Origin: Minisyncoccia bacterium
GTDB taxonomy: Bacteria > Patescibacteriota > Minisyncoccia > Phycocordibacterales > UBA9973
Direction of reading: 5' to 3'
Assembly (NCBI GenBank): GCA_965656375.1
Contig: CBFHKH010000001.1
Location: forward strand, 772,291 to 836,290
Length of the DNA: 64,000 nucleotides
Of this stretch, positions 48,701-58,300 are shown in pieces; position 1 is the stretch's first letter, and each line of letters begins with the position of its first letter. The notes below the pieces were generated by a model, which saw only the letters and a list, made by a program, of their open reading frames with translations, had not been told where the DNA came from and did not search any database. The position numbers and the translations under genes are program-made.

Positions 48701-51700
48701 CATTGATAAGGCGGGTAGTGTAGGAATCGGAACGACAGCCCTCAGTACCAATGTCCTCAGTGTGGTTGGGAGTACTTCTTTCACTGGATCAGGAAGCAAC
48801 CGGTTTGATTTTACTAATACGACCGCAAGTTCCAGTAACGGAGTACTCGGTGTAAACGCGACTGCAAGCAGTGACTTTATCCCTGGTATTCGATTCTCCA
48901 CTACTCAGACGGCAACTGGTTCTCTCTTTGCTTCATATGGTACGCAGAACTTTTGGACCTCTGCCGCAGTTGTAACTGGAGCAGGTGTTGGGCAAAACGC
49001 ATACGGTATATACAATGCGATGACAAAAAGCGGAGCAGACACAGCAACTGGAACATACAATCTATTTGGTTCATATAATTCAGTATCAAACACTGGAAGA
49101 ACCAATGTGGGAACAGTCAATACATATGGTGGATATTTTGAAGCGCTTGGCGATACAGCGGGAACATCTACTACTACAGCTGGATATTTCTATGCATCAG
49201 GAGCAGACAATAACTACGCTGGTATATTTGATGGTGGAAATGTGGGAGTAGGAGACACTACTCCAGCGTCACTCTTTACCGTCGGTAACGGCGACCTCTT
49301 CCAGATCAACTCGACAGGTCAGATAGGTTCTCAGCAAGCACCTGTTTCTGACTACCTCTTCGCGCTTGCAGGCACGACAGGTAATGACAACAGTCGTATT
49401 ATAGATATTACTCAAGCAAATAATGCGGATGAAACTAGTACAGGGATTTCATTTACGGGTACACCTACCTTAGGTGCAATTGCTGCGAATCGTAATATCT
49501 CAGGTATGGATATCACTCTGACCCCGAGCTTTACTTCGAATGCTCATAGACCATTTATATATGGCTCTACGAATACAATCTCGCTTTCAAGCGCGACCTA
49601 TGATGCGACAGACCTTGCATCTGTTATTGGTAATAATTCTACTATCACAGGTACTCCAGTTATCAACGATACTGGCGGTGAAGTATCACTTTTGGTTGCT
49701 GGAACACAAGGTTCTGTTGGTTTTACTCCAACGCTGACATCAGTCTCTACTGCTGACATTACCACATTTGGTGGCCGGTTCTTGAACACAGTATCTTCAG
49801 CAGGAAATGCTAATCTACAAATGATTTCTTACGGAATTCAAACTTCTGCAACTGGTAATCTGACCACTACAGGAGCCACTTCTCATTATGGCGGACACTT
49901 CCTTGCATCCGGTACGGCAGATATAAATTATGGTATTTATGTAACTGCGTCTGGCGCAACGAACAACTACGCGGCTGTATTTGATCAGGGAAATGTGGGG
50001 ATCGGAACGACAACTCCAGGTTCCGCACTCGATGTAAAAGGTACGATCCGCTTGAGCGGCGCAACATCAGGATATGTTGGCCTCGTCTCACCATCTGCAC
50101 CTACGTCATACACATGGACACTTCCAACTGCTGACTCTTCTGGTTGTATCCAGTCAAACGGTTCAGGAACACTCAGTATTGCTGCTTGTGGCGGAGGTGG
50201 CCTCACTGTCGGTACGACAGCTATTGCAAGTGGTGGTGCAAATCGAGTTCTCTTTGAAGATGGATCAAACAAGCTTGCTGAAAACTCAAACTTCACATAC
50301 GACGGTACGACCCTCGGAGTTTCGAATGCATCTACAACTGCATCAAACAAGGTACTCAATATTTCTCAGACTGGTGCAACTACGGGTACCGACTACGCTG
50401 GATATTTCTCAAATACCGGTGCAGCGACAACCAATGTCGGATTGTACACTACGGCTTCCGGCGGTACGACAAATCTTGCGTTAAATGTTGATGCGGGCCA
50501 GACACTCCTCGGAGGAACGACGCTTACTTCCGGAACATTAGCCAAATTAAACATTGTGAGCACTATGGCTTCAAACGGTTCTACAACAGCTATCGCTGGA
50601 ATTCACGGCGACTATACATTTAATAACGGAGGCGCTGCGAGTTATGTCCAAGTCGGCAATCGTTTTGTGTTCAACAACGCGCCGACAACAAATGCAAATA
50701 CGATGGTAGGCGAAGTACTCAGAACAGTTGATAACACCTCTCTTGCAAATCTTGTTCGTGGCATTGAAATTGTTTCAAATGCTGGCAGCAATACTGCAGG
50801 TACGAACACCGGCTTGCGATCAACAGGAGCAACATTTGGTGTACAAGCAATTACTTCAGGTCTTGCAGGTGGAGTAGCGTTACCAGCTGGTCTCTATGCA
50901 GAAAATACAGGGACTACTCAGGGAGATGTTGCTCGATTCTATACAGGTTCGATGACTTCAGCTCCTTCAATGGTCAATATCTATCATGACACGTCGACAT
51001 TCACTGGAACTGGTCTTATCATGGATATGGCTGTAGGTTCAGGAACTTTTTCAGGTGACTTTATGAATCTCAAAAATGCGAGTGTTACAAAATTCAAAAT
51101 AACAAATGCAGGAGTGGTCAGTATGGGTCTTTCTGGTACTGCAAGTACAAATGCCCTCTGTTCTAGTTTAGCGAATGCTACTGCTCCTACCGCTGGTACG
51201 GCGTATGAAATCCGAGATTGTAACGCTGCTCCAGCTGCCGATTACGCTGAGATGTATCCAGTCGAAGCTGGGACAGAATATGGAGATATCGTTGCAGTGG
51301 GAACTGAGATGGTAACCACCTACGATGTTACTGATGGTAATATTGATTGGACAAAAGTGAAAGGTAAAATTACAAAGTTAGTAAAATCTAACAAAGCATA
51401 TCAAAGTAATATCGTAGGTATCGTTTCAGATAACCATGGTGACTTTACCTCAGCTGGTCATAATATAAAAGAAATCGACAATCCTATGCCGATTGCTCTC
51501 AACGGTCGTGTCCCAGTGAAAGTAGCACATGACTCAGAAGCTATTTTACCAGGAGACTATCTTACTACTTCTTCATCAGAACCAGGGAAGGCAACAAAAG
51601 CTAAAAAATCCGGACAAGTTATCGGTAAAGCACTTGATACATGGACTCCCGATTCAGGTGCTCCTACAGTTATGGTCTACGTAGAACAGGGATTCTACAA

Positions 51701-52964
51701 TGGTAAAGGAGTGAGTGAGTTTGCTGGTATTGATCCAGTTGCAACTGATTTTGCGAAACAGGTTCTCGAAACATTTATGAATAATCAACAGTATGCGAGC
51801 GAGGGATCTGAACTCATGCTTGATCGAATTGCTGTTGGAGTAGAAATAATCACGTCGAAACTTGTTGCTGATACTGTTAAAGTAAATACAATTAGTGCAG
51901 CAACTGGAGACACTGTAGGACTTCTTCTTGGCCCTGACGGAAAATTAATAATAAACTCTGGAACAACTAAAGCTGCAAATCCAGTTATTACGTTTGACTC
52001 GCTTGGGAATGCGACATTTACTGGCAAGGTTACAGCACACGATATAGAAGTTACTAATCTTTCTGGAATACAAAATATTACTGATCAGATAAACCAGCTT
52101 TCCGAAGGCCAGGCTGCATTTACTCTTACTACAGAAGTTATCAATACACTCTCAACAGTACTCACAATTGCACAAGCTGATATAACTAAATTGAAAGATG
52201 ATATGGGTAGATTACAAAGTACTGTCACCGGTCTTGTGGTTCGTGGTGATGATCTCGATACTCGCATGAAACTTGTAGAATCATTCCTTGTACGAGATGA
52301 GTCTGGTGTTCCAACTGGTATCGCTACTGTAGGGTTAAATGTAAGTGGCGATGGAACTTTTACTGGCAAAACTCAGTTTGACGGACTTTCATTCTTCTCT
52401 AACACTACCTCATTTGCAGGAGGAGTTATTTTTGGAGGACAAACAGAGTTCACGCTTCCACCACTTTATAATAAAGATACTGCTGGATATGCGCTCATTA
52501 AAGAAGGGGATCGACGAGCAAAGATTGTATTTGCACAGCCGTATATCGCAACTCCAGTTGTAAATACTTCAGTTACATTTGAAGCAGAAGATGAGATCGA
52601 TGATACCAAGGCACAGGCGTTATTTGCAGATGATATTCGATTCATTATCGTAGGCAAAGATCAGACTGGATTTACAATACTCCTTAATAAGCCAGCAATT
52701 CGCGATATACGGTTCTCATGGAATGCTCTCTCAGTAAAAGACCCGGCTATTTTCACAAGTGTATTTGAAGGTTTGACCATTGAGCCAACACCACCTCCGG
52801 CAGAAAACAACACAACTCCTTCAGGAGATGAAGGAACTCAAGATGGAAACGAAGAACAAAATAGTGGAATTGGTACCGAAGAGACCCAAACTCCTCCTGA
52901 AAACACCACGCCACCTTTAGATAATGGCGGAACTTCCTCTGGAGATACTCCTACTGCAATATAA
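45753..52964 (+). CDS. Giant (about 2,400 aa) membrane-anchored cell-surface repeat protein, G/T/S/N-rich, with tail-fibre-like 'NNYAAVFDxGNVGIGTT' motifs, C-terminal coiled coil and Pro/Thr-rich tail
   Basis: N-terminal hydrophobic anchor (VSYTILFLMVVFSVVHLVGAA). About 219-aa tandem repeats (TTGAITSLSAIGSSPNANGAT...GQKTISNSTTSGADLAITNTGAYTGTGIFNLTANSAT). Recurring (T)NNYA(A/G)(V/I)FDxGNVG(I/V)G(T/D)TTP. Heptad segment INQLSEGQAAFTLTTEVINTLSTVLTIAQADITKLKDDMGRLQSTV. Ends PTPPPAENNTTPSGDEG... Single uninterrupted ORF. Confidence 0.7.
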   Translation: MNKDNNPKFFKLIQKILTKLKPRFSLHYVSYTILFLMVVFSVVHLVGAATPNPGHPWSEVGDGVFTFTNGQTVTNYTYTFPAATTTVLTTNALVTPSQGGTGIGTYTIGDLIYASGTTTLTTLADVATGSCLISGGVATAPSWGTCTTGAITSLSAIGSSPNANGATITGSVLNLEPASASFGGVVTTGTQTFAGQKTISNSTTSGADLAITNTGAYTGTGIFNLTANSATSGTLALITSNSQNAGKMLDLQFSNNGVFTSHTALNILTTGSDSGSPTTYGAQISNTHSYNNIALYLNASGGTGSNPNRALVVNAGTVTVTPFSAANGVIYATSSGVLTQSGINSTGTTQCLTQVSSGVPTWGSCTTGAITTLAAIGSSPNANGATLTGSTLNLEPASASFGGVVTTGTQTFAGQKTISNSTTSGADLAITNTGAYTGTGIFNLTANSATTGTLGLINGDGLTSGSLLSLTSNGTATDNNQKGLNISLSGTNASSSKTSYGLYVSNAHLGTSANNYGTYLSATGGVSSTNIALYATASGSNTNNYAAVFPSGRVGVGLIRPFNIFQVAPVQYSTGSVSQSGTTVTLTGATWSSTVQPGTVLVFADGTKRIVDSYTDSTHIEVTVSGTVSSQSYTLNYTGLNVDDLGNVMIGSTTNPNTNSRLYINGGNNGANIDARGWPGAATDSSIIELEGSDYDTNAQSTYLMYTGVTATGTQMGYSKANLAQLVFNGDNALIYSGLNTPIMFGTNGTQRMVLSAGGNFSIGSNTTTSLFNVGSSAQFQVNSSGAIAAAAGITSSGTITFSGLGGGGIQCVQTSNTGVLSAAACGGGSSTWNGITNPTGTQTLTFDDAELNNWTMNSDTETFWTITSNSLTSGKVLSLASSSLTTGGLIDLTTTSTALTSGGLLNLQATGAPASSWTGELAKIEYNNADVDVDGSALKVGLLGAAGGEGTALNITTAQTGTNAYALRVNDDGTYTDSTPFVIDKAGSVGIGTTALSTNVLSVVGSTSFTGSGSNRFDFTNTTASSSNGVLGVNATASSDFIPGIRFSTTQTATGSLFASYGTQNFWTSAAVVTGAGVGQNAYGIYNAMTKSGADTATGTYNLFGSYNSVSNTGRTNVGTVNTYGGYFEALGDTAGTSTTTAGYFYASGADNNYAGIFDGGNVGVGDTTPASLFTVGNGDLFQINSTGQIGSQQAPVSDYLFALAGTTGNDNSRIIDITQANNADETSTGISFTGTPTLGAIAANRNISGMDITLTPSFTSNAHRPFIYGSTNTISLSSATYDATDLASVIGNNSTITGTPVINDTGGEVSLLVAGTQGSVGFTPTLTSVSTADITTFGGRFLNTVSSAGNANLQMISYGIQTSATGNLTTTGATSHYGGHFLASGTADINYGIYVTASGATNNYAAVFDQGNVGIGTTTPGSALDVKGTIRLSGATSGYVGLVSPSAPTSYTWTLPTADSSGCIQSNGSGTLSIAACGGGGLTVGTTAIASGGANRVLFEDGSNKLAENSNFTYDGTTLGVSNASTTASNKVLNISQTGATTGTDYAGYFSNTGAATTNVGLYTTASGGTTNLALNVDAGQTLLGGTTLTSGTLAKLNIVSTMASNGSTTAIAGIHGDYTFNNGGAASYVQVGNRFVFNNAPTTNANTMVGEVLRTVDNTSLANLVRGIEIVSNAGSNTAGTNTGLRSTGATFGVQAITSGLAGGVALPAGLYAENTGTTQGDVARFYTGSMTSAPSMVNIYHDTSTFTGTGLIMDMAVGSGTFSGDFMNLKNASVTKFKITNAGVVSMGLSGTASTNALCSSLANATAPTAGTAYEIRDCNAAPAADYAEMYPVEAGTEYGDIVAVGTEMVTTYDVTDGNIDWTKVKGKITKLVKSNKAYQSNIVGIVSDNHGDFTSAGHNIKEIDNPMPIALNGRVPVKVAHDSEAILPGDYLTTSSSEPGKATKAKKSGQVIGKALDTWTPDSGAPTVMVYVEQGFYNGKGVSEFAGIDPVATDFAKQVLETFMNNQQYASEGSELMLDRIAVGVEIITSKLVADTVKVNTISAATGDTVGLLLGPDGKLIINSGTTKAANPVITFDSLGNATFTGKVTAHDIEVTNLSGIQNITDQINQLSEGQAAFTLTTEVINTLSTVLTIAQADITKLKDDMGRLQSTVTGLVVRGDDLDTRMKLVESFLVRDESGVPTGIATVGLNVSGDGTFTGKTQFDGLSFFSNTTSFAGGVIFGGQTEFTLPPLYNKDTAGYALIKEGDRRAKIVFAQPYIATPVVNTSVTFEAEDEIDDTKAQALFADDIRFIIVGKDQTGFTILLNKPAIRDIRFSWNALSVKDPAIFTSVFEGLTIEPTPPPAENNTTPSGDEGTQDGNEEQNSGIGTEETQTPPENTTPPLDNGGTSSGDTPTAI
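46269..46444 (+). repeat. 176-bp perfect intragenic direct repeat, copy 1 (within a ~657-bp tandem unit)
   Basis: Identical to 46926..47101. The surrounding unit is diverged to roughly 85%. Confidence 0.8.
46926..47101 (+). repeat. 176-bp perfect intragenic direct repeat, copy 2
   Basis: Identical to 46269..46444. Confidence 0.8.
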
Positions 52965-53014
52965 AGGAAAAAAGTTTAAGCCTATTTTAATTTATAAAGC
53001 ATAGTATTATTCCT

Positions 53015-53965
53015 ATGAATAAAGAAGTTGAAAAATTAAGTAAAAAAGTTAAAAAACAGAAGTGGGTAATATATGTACTTGTTATTTGTATACCCCTTAG
53101 TATTCTTATAACTCGGCTATTTCTTCGTATGAATAATGTTTCTGAATTTAATTTCCCACTTCTTGATCCGCTTCGTAAATTTATTCCCGCAGAAAACTAT
53201 ATTACGAATATAGAAAGTCTTAGAAATTATCTAGCAGATTTAGGGAGGAGATATCCTGACTCCATTACTATTTATTACGAAAACATAAATTCTGGTTCAA
53301 ATATTTCTGTTAATAAAGATTTAAGATTATTTCCTGCATCACTTTCAAAACTTGCCCAGGCGATACTTATTGTGCATAAAGTTGAAAAAGGTGATCTTTC
53401 TTTTGATCAAGAGTTGAAAGTTATTCCTGAAGATCTTTCTTCAGGGTCAGGAAATCTTTATCAAACAATTGAGGGTAAGTCTATAACAGTAGAAAATTTG
53501 TTAAAAGAGTTACTTATAAATTCCGACAACACTGCGCAAAATATTTTTAAACGATATCTTGATTTCTCTGATTACGCTGACTTTCAAAATACGACTGGAT
53601 TGCAAGATTTGTATAATGAAAATGGTTTCATATCTGCAAAAGAATATACACGTATTCTTCGCGTACTTTATACTTCGAATTTTTTAAAGCCAGAAAATTC
53701 TCAAAAGATACTTGAGTACATGGCAGATTCCACTTTCCATGACTACCTTTCGCAAGGAATTCCAGAAGGTGTTGTGTTTGCGCATAAATATGGCGAGAAT
53801 AAAGATTACAACATTTTCGCAGATTCGGGTATTGTCTATGTACCTGGAAAACCGTACATGATATCTGTGATCATTAAGGGAAAGGATTCAAGCCCTGAGA
53901 CCCGGGCATGGGCTACTAGTCTTATGAAAGAGATATCTCAACGAGCGTACGCTATTAATAAATAG
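53015..53965 (+). CDS. Membrane-anchored serine hydrolase with class-A beta-lactamase fold (SxxK, SDN motifs)
   Basis: N-terminal TM helix. SLSK (in LFPASLSKLAQAIL), SDN (INSDNTAQN) and KYG (HKYGEN) in the spacing expected for S70xxK / S130DN / K234TG. Confidence 0.6.
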   Translation: MNKEVEKLSKKVKKQKWVIYVLVICIPLSILITRLFLRMNNVSEFNFPLLDPLRKFIPAENYITNIESLRNYLADLGRRYPDSITIYYENINSGSNISVNKDLRLFPASLSKLAQAILIVHKVEKGDLSFDQELKVIPEDLSSGSGNLYQTIEGKSITVENLLKELLINSDNTAQNIFKRYLDFSDYADFQNTTGLQDLYNENGFISAKEYTRILRVLYTSNFLKPENSQKILEYMADSTFHDYLSQGIPEGVVFAHKYGENKDYNIFADSGIVYVPGKPYMISVIIKGKDSSPETRAWATSLMKEISQRAYAINK

Positions 53966-54134
53966 TATCGATCTATATGACAGGGAAGCCGGTAGTTTCT
54001 ATCATTGAGACTCCTGGTTTATCAACATAGCTTACTGTACATACTATTAATGAATAGGGTATACTTATAGTGTTCCTCTATCAACCCTCACTTCTCTTAC
54101 AGTAACCGTTCTGTATCAAGAAGAGTATCAGTCT

Positions 54135-54329
54135 GTGAAAAAAACATTTAGAAATTCAATACGAATTTTTGCAACACTTGTTGTAGTTTTTTTGTTACCT
54201 TTACATATATATAAAACCGAGGCAGCTGTAAGCAGGTCGATATATATCACAAGCGGTTCTTTATCAGTAGCTTGTGTAGAATCTATTTTTTCAAATTGTG
54301 CAGTGAAGTTTCATACTATCAATGAATAA
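54135..54329 (+). CDS. Small hypothetical exported peptide (64 aa); doubtful
   Basis: ORF with a signal-like N-terminus that overlaps the start of the next gene by 8 nt. No other support. Confidence 0.15.
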   Translation: MKKTFRNSIRIFATLVVVFLLPLHIYKTEAAVSRSIYITSGSLSVACVESIFSNCAVKFHTINE

Positions 54330-55332
54330 AACCTTCCTAAAAATTTTAAAGTCTCCTGTCGCGCTTTTTGTGTACGGTTTCATTTTTGGATCGATTCTTG
54401 TATATGTTACGCTCATAAACTTACATACAGAAGGAACTAACTTCTATAAAGACATACGACAAGAAAATACAAAATATAAATTCATAAAACCTTTATTAAG
54501 TTCTAATTACTCATCAGAAGATGATACCCTAAAATGGTTCCCAGAAGAGCGGAGGTTGAAATCTGCAGTCGTCGATGAAATAAATAACAATCCAGATATT
54601 GAGGTAGGAATGTATTTTTTAAACCTTACTAATTCTGGATGGTTTGGAGTAAACTCATCTACAAATTTTATTCCTGCGAGTTTGCTAAAATTGCCCATGT
54701 TAATCTCATACTATAAATTAAAAGAGACTACCCCAGGATTATTTGAGCAACAAATTATGTATGAAGGGAAAAATTTTAATACAGCTCAAACAATGGGTAC
54801 CGGGAAAATTACAGCTGGCAACACATATACTGTACGTGAACTCCTCGAAGAGATGGTTAAATATTCAGACAATAATGCACTGGAACTTCTCTATAAATAT
54901 AAAAAGGATTCATTGAAAACTATTTTTGCTGATATCCAGATTCCACTGCCAGATACTGATGAAAAGATTTCAAAACAAGATTTTATGACCACTAGAGACA
55001 TGGCTCGCTTTTTATTGGTACTGTATAATTCTTCATATTTAAATCGAAGTGATTCTGAAGATGCATTACATATTCTGTCTCAAACAAGTTTCAAGGATGG
55101 GTTAGTAGCTGGGATACCATCTGATGTTGTTATTAGTCATAAGTTCGGGGAAAGAGAGATTATAGAGAATAGTAAGGTTTTGTTACGAGAATTGCATGAT
55201 TGCGGTATTGTGTACGATTCTAAAAATCCTTACATACTTTGTATTATGACGAAAGGCAATGATTTTACAAAACAAAAGGCAATTATAAAGAACATTTCTA
55301 CTATTGTTTATCAAAATGTACACAATTTTTAG
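54322..55332 (+). CDS. Membrane-anchored serine hydrolase with class-A beta-lactamase fold (paralog of 53015..53965)
   Basis: N-terminal TM helix. SLLK (IPASLLKLPML), SDN (YSDNNALELL), KFG (HKFGER). Same architecture as the upstream paralog. Confidence 0.6.
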   Translation: MNKTFLKILKSPVALFVYGFIFGSILVYVTLINLHTEGTNFYKDIRQENTKYKFIKPLLSSNYSSEDDTLKWFPEERRLKSAVVDEINNNPDIEVGMYFLNLTNSGWFGVNSSTNFIPASLLKLPMLISYYKLKETTPGLFEQQIMYEGKNFNTAQTMGTGKITAGNTYTVRELLEEMVKYSDNNALELLYKYKKDSLKTIFADIQIPLPDTDEKISKQDFMTTRDMARFLLVLYNSSYLNRSDSEDALHILSQTSFKDGLVAGIPSDVVISHKFGEREIIENSKVLLRELHDCGIVYDSKNPYILCIMTKGNDFTKQKAIIKNISTIVYQNVHNF

Positions 55333-55384
55333 GAAACCTTTATTAAAGATATACATAATAATGAACGCGAACTACTTAAAAACA

Positions 55385-58300
55385 ATGAGACTTACCGCAG
55401 CATTCTTTCTTATTGGATGGTATCTGTTTTCATTTGCTGGTACAGCTGAAGCAGCTACAAGGACATGGACTGGCACAACCAACGGCTTGTGGTCTCTTGC
55501 AAGCAACTGGGGAGGGACTGCCCCTGTAACCGGAGATGATCTTGTGTTTCCTAATGGAGCATCAAACCTTTCAAATACTAACGATCTCGCAGAAAATACC
55601 ATAATAAACTCTATAACTATTTCTGGAAGTGGGTACACTCTTTCTGGTAATCCAATAATTCTTGGTGCGGGACTTGCGGGTATCACTGATAGTGCTTCTT
55701 CAGGAGGGAATACTATTGCTCTCGATCTTCGTCTCGATATAACACGTGATATTGTTGTTACTAATAGTGGTGAGACACTTACTATCAGTGGAAGAATCGC
55801 TGGTGTTGGCGGTATCAACAAAGAAGGTCTCGGGAAAGTTGTTTTCTCCGGAGCAAACACATATGGCGGAATAACAAAGATCAATACGGGTGTCATTAAT
55901 GCGCGTACTAACACCGCACTTGGGACCGCTGCAACTGGAACTGAAGTTGTCGGCAATGCTTCACTGGAACTTGAAGGGGATATTGCCATCGGATACGAAT
56001 CATTGACCGTGAGAGGATATGGAGTCTCAAGTGGCGGCGCACTTCGCAATATAAGTGGTGACAATAGGTTCGGTGGCTTTATCACGTTGGTTGCCGGCGG
56101 AGCAGAAATTGCTTCTGACGCTGGTACTCTTACTATCACCGGCGGAACTACAGGTAATTTTCCACTCATTTTTGATGGGGCTGGTGATATCACTTTTTCA
56201 ACCGCTCCAATTGCTGGATCGGGCGCGATCACTAAAAATGGCGCTGGAACAGTGACATATAATTTCCCGAACACCAATACTGGACTCCTCACGATCAATA
56301 GCGGGACCATTCGCTATGGAGTAGATAATGCGATTTTAAGCGGTGCGGTTACTATCACCGGCGGTACGCTTGATATTGCAACGTACTCAGATATGGTGGG
56401 AACCGTGACGCTTGGCACCCTTGATCTTGCAAGCGGTACTATCACCGGAACTACTGGATTGCTTAGTAGTGCCACATGGACTCTCTATAATGGAACTATT
56501 AGTGCAAATATTGCCGGGGATGGTGGTGCGCTTACAAAAAGTACCCCTGGAACAGTAGTATTGTCAGGATCAAATGAATACACTGGAGCTACTACTATCA
56601 GTGCGGGAATTTTAAAAATTCAAAGCAATACGGCTCTGGGTCTGATCGATGGCATCACGACCGTCACGGCAGGCGCGACACTACAGATTGACGGTGATGG
56701 CCTTTCTATTCCCGAATACATCACGTTTTCTGGAACTGGTCATCTCTATACCGGAGCGATCCGAAATTCAAATGGAGATAATACTCTTACTGGCCTCCTT
56801 ACGCTTGGCGCAGCTGCAATGATCGAGTCAGAGAGCGGAGCAACGCTCACGATAGATTCAAAAGGATTATCGGCAACAACTCTCGGGCTTATCATTGCTG
56901 GAGCGGGTAATACGACATTTACCTCGACTGCACCGATATATGGTACCACTGCAACACTAACAAAGAATGACTCTGGTACGCTCACACTCCAAGCATTCAA
57001 CAACTTCACTGGAGCTACGAACCTTAGCCGTGGCGAAATTGTACTCAGTGGATCTGGGGCTATTTCCAATTCAGCGGTCACAATTGGCAGCGGAGGAACG
57101 TTGACGGTCGATAATTCTACGACAGCTGCACTCAACCGTCTGAGCGAAACCGCTGCACTTACTATGAATGGTGGGGCATTTAATTTCATTGGTAACAGTA
57201 GTACTGATGCTACCGAATCAACTGGAGCACTTACTCTTTCGTCGGGACATAATACTGTGACGATTACTCCAGGATCCGGCGGATCAACAACGATGACATT
57301 TGCAAGCCTCTCGCGTACCGCTGGTGCTACCGGTTTGTTTCGAGGTACCAATTTGGGTTCAAATCCTGCTGCTAATGTATCGACGCTGATGTTCACAACA
57401 GCGCCGACACTGACAGGTGGCGGAGGTGCAGCAAACAGTTCAACTCTAAGTATTGTAAAAGGTGCGTATGGAGATGCATCCCTTTCAGGACAAGGAAGTG
57501 ATATGGTCACCTATAACAAAGGGAACACTAACGGCCTGCGTCTGCTTAATACCGTAGGATTCAATGGGGAATATGCAGATGATGTAACTACTGCGAATGC
57601 GAATGTGAAGCTTACTGCGGACCGCGTCGCAACAGCAACAAATACGAACTCTCTAATATTGAACGGATTTAATATCACCAATCCTGGGAGTACGACCACG
57701 CTTCCAATCGCGAGTGCCTCACTTGCTGGTAACATTCTGATCAACTCGGCAAGCACAATCGCTGGTGCTAATACAACACTAGGTATCACCACTAATGAAC
57801 TCCCCATACTTGTAACAGCGAGCGCAACTATTTCCGCTATTATCGGTACAGCTACCACAGGATCTCTTACGCTTAGTGGAACAGGTAATGTGACGCTCTC
57901 TACAGCGAGTTTGTATACTGGTACTACTTCTATCAACGGCGCAACGCTTACTGAAGGCGCAAGTAATATGCTCTCAAGTGGAGGGGTGACAGTAGTTGGC
58001 GGAACATATGACCTTGGGAATTTTAGCGACAGTGTTGGCGCTGTCATACTCCAGAACGGAACGATTACAGGCGGGTCAGGTGTCCTCACTAGCACTGCCT
58101 CATATAGTTTCCGAGAAGGTACAGTCAGTGCAATTATTGCGGGGTCTGTGGCAGTAACTCGTATAGCGACAAGCGCTGCGGCGGACAGTGTGGTGATCAT
58201 GACTCGCAACAATACCTACACAGGCGCGACAACTCTGACGAGCGGAATCCTCAAACTTGGAGGAACAGGGGATGGCACAAATACGCCTCTTGGTACCGTT

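Noticed and set aside
45840-52657. Numerous short + and - ORFs nested in the 45753..52964 gene (for example 46156..46464, 48182..48676, 49985..50359)
   Set aside because: These are alternative-frame artefacts of a low-complexity repetitive coding region. The long single frame with signal anchor and coherent repeats is the gene.
52400-52700. Peptidase S74 (intramolecular chaperone) domain at the C-terminus of the 2,400-aa protein, suggested by GDRRAK resembling SDRRLK
   Set aside because: The nucleophile position is Gly rather than Ser, and the downstream S74 consensus could not be matched by eye. It is mentioned only as something to test with an HMM.
55362-55387. ATG at 55362 as start of the PATR gene
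   Set aside because: That frame hits TGA after 8 codons (MNANYLKQ*). The real start is the in-frame ATG at 55385 (MRLTAAFFLIGWYLF..., a signal peptide).
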